64,000 bases of DNA from a virus (Duplodnaviria; Caudoviricetes). Below, in pieces: positions 28,601-38,447 of this stretch. The position numbers and the translations under genes are program-made. The notes under the pieces are model-generated. The model was given only the letters and a program-made list of their open reading frames with translations, made no database searches and was not told the origin of the DNA. Where the stretch lies: IMG/VR virus record IMGVR_UViG_3300033074_001909, positions 42,333 to 106,332 of that record; one strand, written 5' to 3'. Positions within the stretch are counted from its first letter, which is position 1; each line of letters starts with the position of its first letter.

Positions 28601-31600
28601 TCTATCGCGTCACATTCAGCGATGGATCGTGGACCGAATGCTGTGCAGAGCATTTATGGCAAACCCACACATGGTCTGATCGCCGGAATTTATCTCGCGG
28701 TTTGCGTCGCCAGGGCAATGTCCGCTCTCTACGTGAAATTGCGAGTAGTTTGGTAGCTAACGGAGGTCAATCCAACCATTCAATTCCCATGACAGCCCCC
28801 GTCGCATTTCAGCCGCGACAAATCTTGCTTGACCCGTATGTTTTGGGCGTGCTGTTGGGTGACGGAGGAATGTCCCGACAAGCATCGTTGACAGTAACCA
28901 GCGTTGACCAGGAAATTCTAGATAGCGTAGGGCATACCTTGCCTACTGGAGTGCGATTGCGACGCATTGGAAATAGTCCTAGCTACTCGATCACCACGGA
29001 TCGTCGCGCAACGAAGTCAGGCAATCCAATGGTGACGGAATTACGCCGTTTGGGACTTCATGGACCAGGAAAAACATCGGATACAAAATTCATCCCGGAA
29101 GACTACAAATTCAATTCCGTTGACGTTCGATTGTCCGTCTTGCAGGGACTAATGGATACAGACGGGACAATTGATAAGCGTGGCACAAGTTGCGTTTACA
29201 CGACAACTTCACGGAAATTGGCTGATGACATTGTGTTTCTTGTGCAGTCGTTGGGGGGAACCGCAAGAATCCAAAGCAAGCAACCAACGTATTGTTACAA
29301 CGGTGATAAACGAGACGGCAAGCAAGCGTACAACGTCACCTTGTGTCTTCCTCCTGAATTCAAGCCATTCCGGTTGTCAAGGAAGTCAGGACGAGTAGTT
29401 CCTAAGTCTAAGTACGCACCTAGGCGATACATCAAGACGGTGGAGCAAATCGGCAGTAAACCTTGTCAGTGCATTGCAGTTGAAAATAAGTCGCATTTGT
29501 ATCTGACACGCGGATTCATTGTCACGCACAATACCCGGCAGCTTCTCGCCACCGCGCAGCACTATCTAGATCAGGGTAAGAAGGTCATTGTCATCGCGCC
29601 TAAGGGCGTGACCAAAGCCGACTGGAAGAAAAAGACCGTCACCGGTTCCTGGCAGAATGACAGCCAGGCCATGGGTGTGCCGATCCACGTGACGCGGGAC
29701 GAGATCGACCCCAAGGCGGTCAATATCTCGAGCTACGAGAATCTCGCGAAGCTCAAACGGCAGGTCGACGACAACACGATCGTGATGTTCGACGAGGCGC
29801 ACTCGCTGAAGAATCGCGATTCCGCCCGCTCCAAGCACGGCGTGGAAATGGCCAATACCGCGGCGGCGGTACTCTTTGCCACGGCCACTCCCGTCGACAA
29901 GGTCGAGCACCTGCACTACCTGGACCGAGCCGGTGCCTTTGGCGGGCGATATTACGGCCAGACCTACGAGCAATTGGGACTGGAGCAAGTCGAGCAGAGC
30001 ATTGGCGGCGGCCAGACGGTCAAGAAGTGGCAGATTCGTCCTGGCGTCAAGGCATCCGAGGTCATGCGTCGCCTGTCGGGGCTATTCACGCGATTGACGG
30101 CCGATGGCCGGATGGTCAAGCGTGAAATCAGCATGAAGGACGTGCCGGTATCGGTACGGCAGGTGAAACTGCCTCCCGAGGCCCACGAAGTCCTGGATCG
30201 CATTGAGGAGGAACTGACTGGCACCTCGGCCAATGAGGGCCTGGAACGAGCTCGCATCCTGATGCACCAGCGGCGACAGCAGGAACCGTATAAAGTCGCC
30301 CCCGCAGTCGACGAAGCGCTGCAGGCGCTCGACGCGGGCCGGCAGGTGGTGATTTTCGCGTCACGGGTCAATGAATCGCAGGTTGGCGGAGAGGATGACG
30401 ACGACGAAAACGCCATCAAGTCCGAAGGAACCATGAAACTCCTGCGGGAAGAGCTCGAGCGGCGTGGCATCAAGCCGGCCGACATCGCGGAGATTCACGG
30501 CGGGGTCTCCAAGACGAAGATTCCGAAAGAAATGGACCGCTTCCAAGCTGGTCAGGCTCGCGTCGTGATCGCCACGGTGGAGAGTGGCGGCACGGGCATT
30601 AACCTGGACGACACGCGAGGAGACCGGCCGCGGACGCTGATCATGATGACGGCGCCATTTTCGGCGGTGGAAAACGTCCAGGCGGCTGGCCGAGTGTGGC
30701 GGCTCAAGACGAAGAGCATTCCCGAGATCAAGTATCTGTTCGGGGATACGGAAGTAGACGATTGGAATTCGGCGCTGATCAGCAAGAAGATGCGGACGCT
30801 GGGCGCGTCGGTAAGCGGCCAGATTGGCAAACTCGACGTGAACAATCTGAACGAGTCGGACGCGATCGATTTCGAGTCCGAAGAGCCGTACGAGTGGCAA
30901 TATCCCGGGGAGGGTGAACCGCCCTCGGCGTCGTTCACTAAACTGGATAGCGGCGAGTGGGGAATGCGAGTGGATGGCCGGGTGCGACCGGGCGAAACGG
31001 TCGAGATCGCGAAGCGGGACGGATCGAAAACGCGGCGGGTAGTCGGGAAGATCGTCAAGGCGGGCGCCGGATTCACGATCGCGACGTTGAGCGATGCGGC
31101 GCCAGCCCGCGAGCAATTGCCGCCGCCTCCACCACCGCCGCCGTCGCCGCCTCCCCCCAAAGCGCCCACGGCGAAGCCCAGTCATCCGTTCGAGGCACTG
31201 GCGGCGTGGTCGCAGCCGAAAAAGGTGAACACGGCGCAAGGGCCACGGATGGTGCGCAGCGCGCGCCCGACGGACAAATTCTGGAAAGAGTGGGGCAAGG
31301 ACAAGGAGCGATTGAAGCGTCAGGGGATCAGCGTCTCGAAGTACCAAGGAGAATGGCAGATTTCCTGGTGGCAGGAGGCACCTGATCGCAACGCGAAACG
31401 CTACGCCAAGGACATCCTGCCCGGCGGACTCGCCGACGACGCGCCACCGGTGGATGCCGCAGCCTTAGCCCGCGGCATCGCCATCGAGATGGAGCACACA
31501 GACGATCCGGCGATCGCCAAGGAAATCGCGGCCGACCATCTGGCGGAATTCCCGGACTACTACGACGCCTTGGAACAAATGGAAGCGTCGCTCCGGTCGC

Positions 31601-32058
31601 GTGCGTCGAAACTGGGAGATCGCCTGCGCTACGCCAAGGACTTAGCAGACCTGTCGGCCGAACCGCTCACCTACGCCTGCGCCTGCCGGCAGCGGTACGC
31701 GAAGGGTGACGAGTCGAGTCACGATCACGAACTGGGGCATGTAAGCGACCTGGAATTCGGGCAGGTGAGCGAGACGCCGGCATGGCGTGAGGCGTGGCAG
31801 CAAGAACTCGCCAGCGGCGAACTGAACGAGGAATCCAGCGAGAATCCAGCCGAGGGGCTGGCCGAGTATGTGGCGCTGGTGCTGCAGTCCCCGAAGCAGG
31901 CTCGCGACGAGTACCCGGTTTGCTGGGAATCGCTCGAGATGGCCGGCATGATCGAAGACGTGGCAAGCGACGGTCCAGCCCGTTATGCTTACGACGAAAG
32001 CCAGCACCCTCGTGACGATGATGGCATGGTTCAAGAATACTCCAAATTAACAGGTTGA
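25615..32058 (+). CDS. Portal (DUF935/Mu gp29-like) fused to polyvalent-protein domains: inorganic PPase-like, Strawberry-notch-like SF2 helicase with intein, DUF5661-like
   Basis: Portal 'LEAIWYG', 'ILGQTL'; PPase-like 'GNYRKG..IETPKG..HYGYI..DGDHLD..FDEHK'; helicase 'DGTGVGK|TRQ', 'DEAH', 'TATP', 'QAAGRVWR'; 'EMEHTDD..AKEIAADHL.E.PDYY'. Confidence 0.8.
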   Translation: MSMTTTQPGGQRIGGQTYMPGQMLPERYRRVLEPSDRPRDPAVRDPDLAPNLGRHTVPHIITFQGLVTSLARAYRNPDEAFRHSVENAHMMLTDPTVSGPLHARQMMTALLQWSVESEDDKDSQLKEAASQLQKVLERTPRFAELRRWLLEAIWYGRAASQHAIGFHRDRFGVRRRVIKKWLPISGDKLLFRYDDGSGEFDPDQIGVRVSPGLGREDIIAGRRKLEATTDGMGYFLEPWERRHWAVHKHMIRDGEFEDPLSAGQVHGVGLRHFLYWVWYQKQEAMAQLAEVLDRTGAGITIYYYPVGNQEAKTQVEKVAREQAHTNVLVMPFDPASTGGDPYSIQQIPPNVAGLQALQDIVDGYFGDMITRAILGQTLSSKPSAAGMNTGVSDLQKDSLFHIVRYDAVNLQETITREILLPLRDFNLPKFRNVDFFFKISTKVSAPQEELAAIYQAWQMGTKIRVQDLFQKLDMAMPDKDDKVVFNPQIVSAIQQVESAPMGGLAPPGGAGPQPPGATPFPPGAAEGTPTSEGGGQNEPPPIDRGGASGQPEQLDKAESPEQERRKLFGPILYGKREEYLERIREAVENTEPNPTEAQREAGNYRKGVVHWRGLEVVIETPKGQRRRPEWPALRAHYGYIRRHYHTGEQRLVTSEPCADGDHLDIFLGPQPESDIVFVIDQVTADGKFDEHKCILGTTNKRDARALYLSNYADGWKCGPIRGMTIETFKHWLEHGDLTKPVARQKLRYARQLSLFDDTFSLVRKPRSLFDEGSHPRAKEHVEIQGKEYEGGQWIPKDAAVEATPAAQEKIEVVDKSTGETEPLEQTLKPGDNATASPPSPEDDSHDQPRSDAEFAPGEPDSTGGDGDRGRPDDGESGGAGDLGANPVGPSEERIVTSRQQHTRPADRSLVPERLRQHLDDHQQEGVAKAIASLRDVGGFLNSDGTGVGKAQPLDEPILTPTGWKRMGDLQIGDEVISADGFPTKISGVYPQGHLEVYRVTFSDGSWTECCAEHLWQTHTWSDRRNLSRGLRRQGNVRSLREIASSLVANGGQSNHSIPMTAPVAFQPRQILLDPYVLGVLLGDGGMSRQASLTVTSVDQEILDSVGHTLPTGVRLRRIGNSPSYSITTDRRATKSGNPMVTELRRLGLHGPGKTSDTKFIPEDYKFNSVDVRLSVLQGLMDTDGTIDKRGTSCVYTTTSRKLADDIVFLVQSLGGTARIQSKQPTYCYNGDKRDGKQAYNVTLCLPPEFKPFRLSRKSGRVVPKSKYAPRRYIKTVEQIGSKPCQCIAVENKSHLYLTRGFIVTHNTRQLLATAQHYLDQGKKVIVIAPKGVTKADWKKKTVTGSWQNDSQAMGVPIHVTRDEIDPKAVNISSYENLAKLKRQVDDNTIVMFDEAHSLKNRDSARSKHGVEMANTAAAVLFATATPVDKVEHLHYLDRAGAFGGRYYGQTYEQLGLEQVEQSIGGGQTVKKWQIRPGVKASEVMRRLSGLFTRLTADGRMVKREISMKDVPVSVRQVKLPPEAHEVLDRIEEELTGTSANEGLERARILMHQRRQQEPYKVAPAVDEALQALDAGRQVVIFASRVNESQVGGEDDDDENAIKSEGTMKLLREELERRGIKPADIAEIHGGVSKTKIPKEMDRFQAGQARVVIATVESGGTGINLDDTRGDRPRTLIMMTAPFSAVENVQAAGRVWRLKTKSIPEIKYLFGDTEVDDWNSALISKKMRTLGASVSGQIGKLDVNNLNESDAIDFESEEPYEWQYPGEGEPPSASFTKLDSGEWGMRVDGRVRPGETVEIAKRDGSKTRRVVGKIVKAGAGFTIATLSDAAPAREQLPPPPPPPPSPPPPKAPTAKPSHPFEALAAWSQPKKVNTAQGPRMVRSARPTDKFWKEWGKDKERLKRQGISVSKYQGEWQISWWQEAPDRNAKRYAKDILPGGLADDAPPVDAAALARGIAIEMEHTDDPAIAKEIAADHLAEFPDYYDALEQMEASLRSRASKLGDRLRYAKDLADLSAEPLTYACACRQRYAKGDESSHDHELGHVSDLEFGQVSETPAWREAWQQELASGELNEESSENPAEGLAEYVALVLQSPKQARDEYPVCWESLEMAGMIEDVASDGPARYAYDESQHPRDDDGMVQEYSKLTG
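27209..27235. repeat. 27-bp palindrome, copy 2
   Basis: AGGGCGGGGGCCAAAATGAACCCCCGC. Confidence 0.8.
28462..29532 (+). mobile_element. Class-3-type intein (357 aa) with LAGLIDADG endonuclease in the helicase P-loop
   Basis: Starts with Ala (AQPLDEPILTPTGW); 'EHLW', 'CQCIAV', 'VTHN|T' give the Trp-Cys-Thr signature; 'LGVLLGDG', 'LQGLMDTDG'. Confidence 0.9.
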
Positions 32059-33294
32059 TTATGCCCAGTTTCTCTGTATTTCCTGGTCGAAGATAGTCTT
32101 GTGGTGCCACGTCGGTCCGAACGACAGGCTGGATACGCCAGCCGCGTGAGTCCGGAAGCAATGCTCGATCCACTCCAGAAACTCGGTTATCGAAGAGGCA
32201 ACGGATAAACTGGCAGTCGGCGGCAATTCCGACAGCAGGTAGTCGGCTCGGCGCCCGTCATTCGGTAGCTCTTCTAACTGATAGAAATCGTGATGAACGA
32301 TCACGGGCGACAGGTAGTCCAGCCAAGTGACGGCCAGGGAGTGCAGAGGTCCGCCGCAGTGTCGCGAGGCATATTCCAGGAGGTCGCAACAGTGGTAGCC
32401 GACCCGCAGCGGGCCTTGCCAGGGATTGGTCACGTTGTGGTCTGACAAAAGTCGCATGTCAGGGCGCCAGCCCGGGAACGGCCCGGCGCCGTGCCGTGTG
32501 GCCAGGGACCGCAGAATGCCCATGTGATGGACATCACGGATCCCCATCGCCTCGAGCGGCTCCCGGGCAGCATCAAGCGTCACAGTCGACCATGTGGTGT
32601 AAGGGTGGAAGCCCACGTGCTCGTCCAATAGGACGCCTTGGGCGCCCTCGAAGATGGCGCAATCCAACTTGCCGCTAAGGCCGGTGGCGGACAATTGCAG
32701 GTGAAGTTCTTGTGCCACTTCCTGGTACTTGTCGGCATACTCCAGGAACGCCGGCAGGGTGACGCTGAGGCCATAGTGCTCGGCCTGGGCCTGCAGTTTG
32801 TCTCGGCAGACGGTCCGCGACGACAGATCCTTGGCGAAGATAGTCAGGTCGAGGTGGCACCGGGCCATGTGCCGGCATTCGCCGATCCCCAGTCCGCAGG
32901 AACCGTGCCGCTGGTCCCCGCGAGCGCGCTCCCGTTCGCGATTGATGAAGCGATGCGCCACGGTCGCCACGGGGCACTCCGGATGGACACGCAGCAGCGA
33001 CCACGGGTCGGAGATACCCAGTTCTTGGAGGTGTCGAGCCTCATTACGCATGGCCAGGGGGTCGATGATCATGTCCCGCCAGAGCCACGTGGGGACGCCG
33101 TGCAGGGTGCCCGCTCCCCATTGGCTGAAGCAATGGGATCGCCCATCCGGCAAAACCACATGATGGGCGGCCTGGTATCCGCCGCTGTAGCGTACGACCA
33201 GGTCCGCCCGCCAGCGTTGGCAGAGGGCATCGACCATGGTGCCTTTCCCCTCGTCACCAAACCCGAGCCCCACGGTCACAATCGCCCTCGCCAT
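32059..33294 (-). CDS. Divergent adenylosuccinate synthetase-like protein
   Basis: 'GLGFGDEGKG', 'VRYSGG.QAAH', 'HGSCGLGIG', 'FEGAQG.LLD', 'TRHGAGPF'. Confidence 0.85.
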   Translation of the reverse strand: MARAIVTVGLGFGDEGKGTMVDALCQRWRADLVVRYSGGYQAAHHVVLPDGRSHCFSQWGAGTLHGVPTWLWRDMIIDPLAMRNEARHLQELGISDPWSLLRVHPECPVATVAHRFINRERERARGDQRHGSCGLGIGECRHMARCHLDLTIFAKDLSSRTVCRDKLQAQAEHYGLSVTLPAFLEYADKYQEVAQELHLQLSATGLSGKLDCAIFEGAQGVLLDEHVGFHPYTTWSTVTLDAAREPLEAMGIRDVHHMGILRSLATRHGAGPFPGWRPDMRLLSDHNVTNPWQGPLRVGYHCCDLLEYASRHCGGPLHSLAVTWLDYLSPVIVHHDFYQLEELPNDGRRADYLLSELPPTASLSVASSITEFLEWIEHCFRTHAAGVSSLSFGPTWHHKTIFDQEIQRNWA

Positions 33295-33308
33295 ATACCC
33301 TCGACTCC

Positions 33309-34271
33309 TTACAACGTTGTTAAGCCGGTGCCTTTGGTGACATTAGCCACGGCCCCCGGGCCATCCCGCAGCACGACGGCCTTGGTGACCGTATCGGCAG
33401 AGCGGCCCGCCTCGCCCAGATCCTGTGCCAACCCGGACAGGTCTACGGCGCCTTCACAGACGCCGATTTGGGCCGCGATGAAGTCGCTGATGGCGGCCGG
33501 ATCCTCGAGACGGAGCGCCTGCTGTCCCAAGTGTTGCTTCCAGAATTCCAGGATGCGCGGCTCGTTGTAGTAGGACGTCAGGTTCGGCAGGATGTAAAAC
33601 ACTTCCCACCGCTCCTGGGCCTCTTTCACGATTTGCTCCAGGGGAATGCTAGCTTCGAGTTTGTCGCCGAAGATGTTCTCCACCTGGTGACGATCGACGC
33701 GGGGATAGGCCATTTCATCGCCGATCAGGAAGGCATAGCCCTTCTTCTGACGCTTCTCCCAGGCGTCGCAGACCGTCTTGCGGGCCAGGAAATACAACGC
33801 CAGCTCGTAGGATTCGGTTCGTTGGCCACCCCCTCCGCCCTCGAGGAACAGGTTGGTCAGGTCGTTCTCGATCTCAATTCCAGACTCGAATTGCCCGACT
33901 TGGAGCGGCGCCCGGTCGCACGTGGCATCCCCGACGCCGGCCACGCAAATAGCGGCATCCGCCAAATAGGACTTGCGCAGCAGCAGGCCCATCAGGGAGC
34001 AGAGATTCGCTTGCAAGATGCCCGGGACGGTGTTCATCGAACCGGTGACGTCGAAGCCGACGAACACGGGCACGGATTCGGGATGCTGCGCGCTGTCGCG
34101 GCACTCGCGGATGCCGGCCTTGAGTTTGGCGGGATCGAGCGAGTGATGAGCCGCCGCAGCGGTTTTTCCTTTGCGGATCGCGTCGTCGTGCGCAAACGTC
34201 GGCGCGTTCGTGGCCGACCGATGCAGAGCACGCGAACTGTAATGTTCATCTGACCAACTTGTGCCACCCAT
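33309..34271 (-). CDS. von Willebrand A domain protein
   Basis: MIDAS-like 'FDVTGSM', 'EGGGGG..ESYEL', 'FLIGDE'. Confidence 0.8.
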   Translation of the reverse strand: MGGTSWSDEHYSSRALHRSATNAPTFAHDDAIRKGKTAAAAHHSLDPAKLKAGIRECRDSAQHPESVPVFVGFDVTGSMNTVPGILQANLCSLMGLLLRKSYLADAAICVAGVGDATCDRAPLQVGQFESGIEIENDLTNLFLEGGGGGQRTESYELALYFLARKTVCDAWEKRQKKGYAFLIGDEMAYPRVDRHQVENIFGDKLEASIPLEQIVKEAQERWEVFYILPNLTSYYNEPRILEFWKQHLGQQALRLEDPAAISDFIAAQIGVCEGAVDLSGLAQDLGEAGRSADTVTKAVVLRDGPGAVANVTKGTGLTTL

Positions 34272-34286
34272 GGTGAAAACCCCTTG

Positions 34287-35252
34287 CTACATGTCCAACG
34301 GAACAAACACCGGAGGTCCGAAAAGCTGATCCAGCAAGTCGGTAAACTCCGCACACAACTGCCACGCATCGGAGGGCGCTAATCGCCCCGGCAGGCAGCA
34401 ACTACGCATAAAGCCGCGCATCAGCGGCGGCAGAGCCTCCTCGCCGCCGGCCATCTGTACCAGCGTGCGGGCGGCCAAGTGAATATCCAGCGCGGGCGTC
34501 GCCTCCTTGCCGGGATACCACGCCTTGTGGCTGCTGGGCACGACAGGGACTGGACTGCCCAGTTTGGCGGCATGGATCCAGTCGCACAGCACCAGCCCGT
34601 GATTGGCAGCCGACCAGAGGCAGTGCTGGGGCAGGACGGCACAGTGCGCCCAGCCGTAGCGATGGGCAAAGCCCAGGACGGTGAGCATCCGCTTGAACAT
34701 CCACGCCAGGTGCCGGCTGTCGAGCGGGGCATGCTTTGTCAACACGTCGGCCGTGGTGAACAGCCCGGGACGCCGGTGGAACACGTTCACCCGGACTTTT
34801 CCCACCAGGAACGATTCCACGGGGAGGGGCAGGTAATGCGAGTAGGTCGACGTGCCCGCCGCCTGTTCATGCAAGTGCTCGAGCACTTCCCGCTCTTTGG
34901 CGAGGAGGTTATTCGCGGCCGGCAGCGTGACATAAGGCGTTTTGAGGAGGTAGGCCTGTCCGTCACTGGTCGCATACTGCACGTCGCACAGATCGCCGCG
35001 GCCCAGCGTGGAGCGCACGGAATACTCGCGGGTCGGCGAGGTCACCACCTGGAGCGGGGCCTGACTGGCGGCCGCTTTGAGTGCCCCGAGCTCGCGAAAC
35101 AGCCGGGCCGCCCGATCGCGGTCCCGTTCGGGGAAACGGTCCGGATGCAGCCGCACCGCGTACCAGCGATAGAGCGTGTCGGGGTCGGGACCGAAGAACG
35201 CCACTGGATCCAGTCGAGCCGAGGACAGTTCGCGCTCCAGGTCAGCCAGCAT
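34287..35252 (-). CDS. J-domain-like + protein-kinase-like fusion
   Basis: 'AVRLHPDRF' (HPD); kinase-like 'LGRGDLCDV', 'YLLK', 'AHCAVLPQH', 'LCDW' with a non-canonical catalytic loop. Confidence 0.7.
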   Translation of the reverse strand: MLADLERELSSARLDPVAFFGPDPDTLYRWYAVRLHPDRFPERDRDRAARLFRELGALKAAASQAPLQVVTSPTREYSVRSTLGRGDLCDVQYATSDGQAYLLKTPYVTLPAANNLLAKEREVLEHLHEQAAGTSTYSHYLPLPVESFLVGKVRVNVFHRRPGLFTTADVLTKHAPLDSRHLAWMFKRMLTVLGFAHRYGWAHCAVLPQHCLWSAANHGLVLCDWIHAAKLGSPVPVVPSSHKAWYPGKEATPALDIHLAARTLVQMAGGEEALPPLMRGFMRSCCLPGRLAPSDAWQLCAEFTDLLDQLFGPPVFVPLDM

Positions 35253-35289
35253 TTTGCATCTCCTTGCGAAACAGACTCACCAACGGGTA

Positions 35290-35321
35290 TTGCATTATGC
35301 GACTTATATTTCATAATGCAA
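35290..35321. promoter_or_regulatory. Palindromic operator / symmetric bidirectional promoter
   Basis: TTGCATTATG-12 nt-CATAATGCAA, which reads TTGCAT-16 nt-CATAAT on both strands between divergent genes. Confidence 0.7.
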
Positions 35322-35393
35322 CCCGGTGTGTGGTGATACCTGAAATGGACCGCATGGTATCCTGGGGCCTTTCCCAATTAGGAGGGGGTCGAC

Positions 35394-36590
35394 ATGGCAA
35401 GCGAGTGGGTGCCGTACACAGGGCCGCGCGGCGGCAAGGGCTGGCAGCACATGACGTCGGGGCAGGTGGTGTACGGTGATAAGCCAGGCGAGCAAGCCAA
35501 GCCCGAACAGTCGCCGCAGGCCGAGAAGCCCGTCCCCAGACCCGAGCAGGAAACCACGGCCTGGCATCCGGTAGGCGAGGGGCTGTGGCAACACCCCAAG
35601 ACGGGCGAACTGGTGAAAGGGAAATCCGCTCCCTCTGCCAGCGAGACCGCCAGCGTGCTGGAGCAGGCCCGCCAGCGGACGCGACACCCGAGCCAAGAGC
35701 CAAAGCCTGCTGCGGCACCCCCTCCGCAGCCTGCCGCGCCTCGATCGGCCTCACCTGAAGGAAGGGCGGGGGCCAAAATGAACCCCCGCTCGGTCGACGA
35801 GTTGGTGAAGGAACTGGATGCCCTGCCGGACGGGGTGGAAATCCTGGGCTGGAAGAAGGAAACGCCCATGGGCTTCGGCATGCCGCTGTGGACGCGTAAG
35901 GACGAGGCCAAGACGACGGCAGGCATGGTCAAGGCCCATGGCGTGATGGGGATTCGAGGGGCCATGCCAGACCCGCAGGCAGCCGCCCCTGAGCCAGCCA
36001 AAGGGGATCGAGCGTTCTCGCCCGAGGAACTCGACGACGTGGGCGCGGTGTCAGCCATGTTCGGGATTGCGCCCGGAGACGTGGGCAACGAGCAGCAATT
36101 GCGGCTCTTTTTGCGTCGGACAGCGCGGCATGTGGGCTTCGATCCGGACAAGGTGCCAGGAGACAAGACCGACAAGGCGGTGGCGGCAGCGCAATTCCTG
36201 CGGCAGCGGCGGGGACATCTCGAGGGGCTGGTGAAGATGGCGCAGGGCTATGGCTGGGGCGGAGGGTCTGGCCGCGAGCTGGCCCAGCGGGCCCGGCATG
36301 CGGGGCTGTATCTGGTCAAGAAGGCAGTGCAGGAGGGCTACGAAGTGAGCGGAGACACGGAACAAGAGCATTTAGCCGGAGCGCTGGACTACCTGCATCA
36401 CCGGGAGCAGGAGCGGCGGCCGGGTCACGACGTGGGCGGGGTGATTGGGCAGGCTCTGCAGCGGATGCTGGCGGGCAGCCGGTCAGGCCGGATCAGTTGG
36501 TGGGACGTGGCGATGGCGGCGGTTGGTTTTTATGTGGGTTACCAGTTGATGCGGCGTCTGCGCCGCAAAGGGAGGGACCGATCTTTATAA
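35394..36590 (+). CDS. Hypothetical protein (possibly head-associated; C-terminal TM-like segment)
   Basis: RBS AGGAGG; 'PYTGPRGGKGW' motif. Confidence 0.6.
   Translation: MASEWVPYTGPRGGKGWQHMTSGQVVYGDKPGEQAKPEQSPQAEKPVPRPEQETTAWHPVGEGLWQHPKTGELVKGKSAPSASETASVLEQARQRTRHPSQEPKPAAAPPPQPAAPRSASPEGRAGAKMNPRSVDELVKELDALPDGVEILGWKKETPMGFGMPLWTRKDEAKTTAGMVKAHGVMGIRGAMPDPQAAAPEPAKGDRAFSPEELDDVGAVSAMFGIAPGDVGNEQQLRLFLRRTARHVGFDPDKVPGDKTDKAVAAAQFLRQRRGHLEGLVKMAQGYGWGGGSGRELAQRARHAGLYLVKKAVQEGYEVSGDTEQEHLAGALDYLHHREQERRPGHDVGGVIGQALQRMLAGSRSGRISWWDVAMAAVGFYVGYQLMRRLRRKGRDRSL
35763..35789. repeat. 27-bp palindrome, copy 3
   Basis: AGGGCGGGGGCCAAAATGAACCCCCGC. Confidence 0.8.
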
Positions 36591-36605
36591 GATCGGGATA
36601 ATGGA

Positions 36606-37913
<1,308 letters not shown>

Positions 37914-37927
37914 TAGGAGTTTCAAAG

Positions 37928-38383
37928 ATGACCACTGCCATTGACCGAGTAGTTAGCCATGCGGAAGAAATCGCCAGCGGAAAGATTCACGCCGTGCAGC
38001 CTGGGTTGCCAGTGCGGTTTCCCGCAGCAGCGTCGGAAGGCGATGAGGGATGGCAAGGCGATCTCGGGCTGCGCGTCGTGCGTCAGGTTCCGGATGATTT
38101 GGTGCGCCTAGCTGCTCCGTGCGAGGCAGATCGGCAACTCGTGCCAGGTAACACGCAAGGCGCTCGTCACTGCCTTGATTCGCTGGATGGAGTGGAGATT
38201 TACCGGCCCAAGGACTGGGGACCAGAATCGCTACTCGGCCCCTGCCTCGTGTTCTCACAAGAACGGACAATCCTGCATCCGACGCATGGCGCGGTGACCG
38301 TGCCAGCCGGGTTTACGATCCAGTGTCGCTACCAGCGTGAGTTTGATTCCGAGCTGCGACGGGAGCGACGCAACGCGGATTGA
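37928..38383 (+). CDS. Conserved partner of DUF6745-like proteins
   Basis: RBS AGGAG; 'WQGDL', 'GARH', 'LHPTHG', 'YQRE'. Confidence 0.6.
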   Translation: MTTAIDRVVSHAEEIASGKIHAVQPGLPVRFPAAASEGDEGWQGDLGLRVVRQVPDDLVRLAAPCEADRQLVPGNTQGARHCLDSLDGVEIYRPKDWGPESLLGPCLVFSQERTILHPTHGAVTVPAGFTIQCRYQREFDSELRRERRNAD

Positions 38384-38447
38384 ACTGCAGGGAGATGGTG
38401 TCCTCCGCGATCTACGAGTTGTACAAGCGCCGGGAAGGTGAACAGCC

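Noticed and set aside
32059-33294. PurZ (2-aminoadenine DNA pathway)
   Set aside because: The motif is GDEGKG with the PurA-type Asp, and no dATPase, MazZ or DNA polymerase partner is visible.
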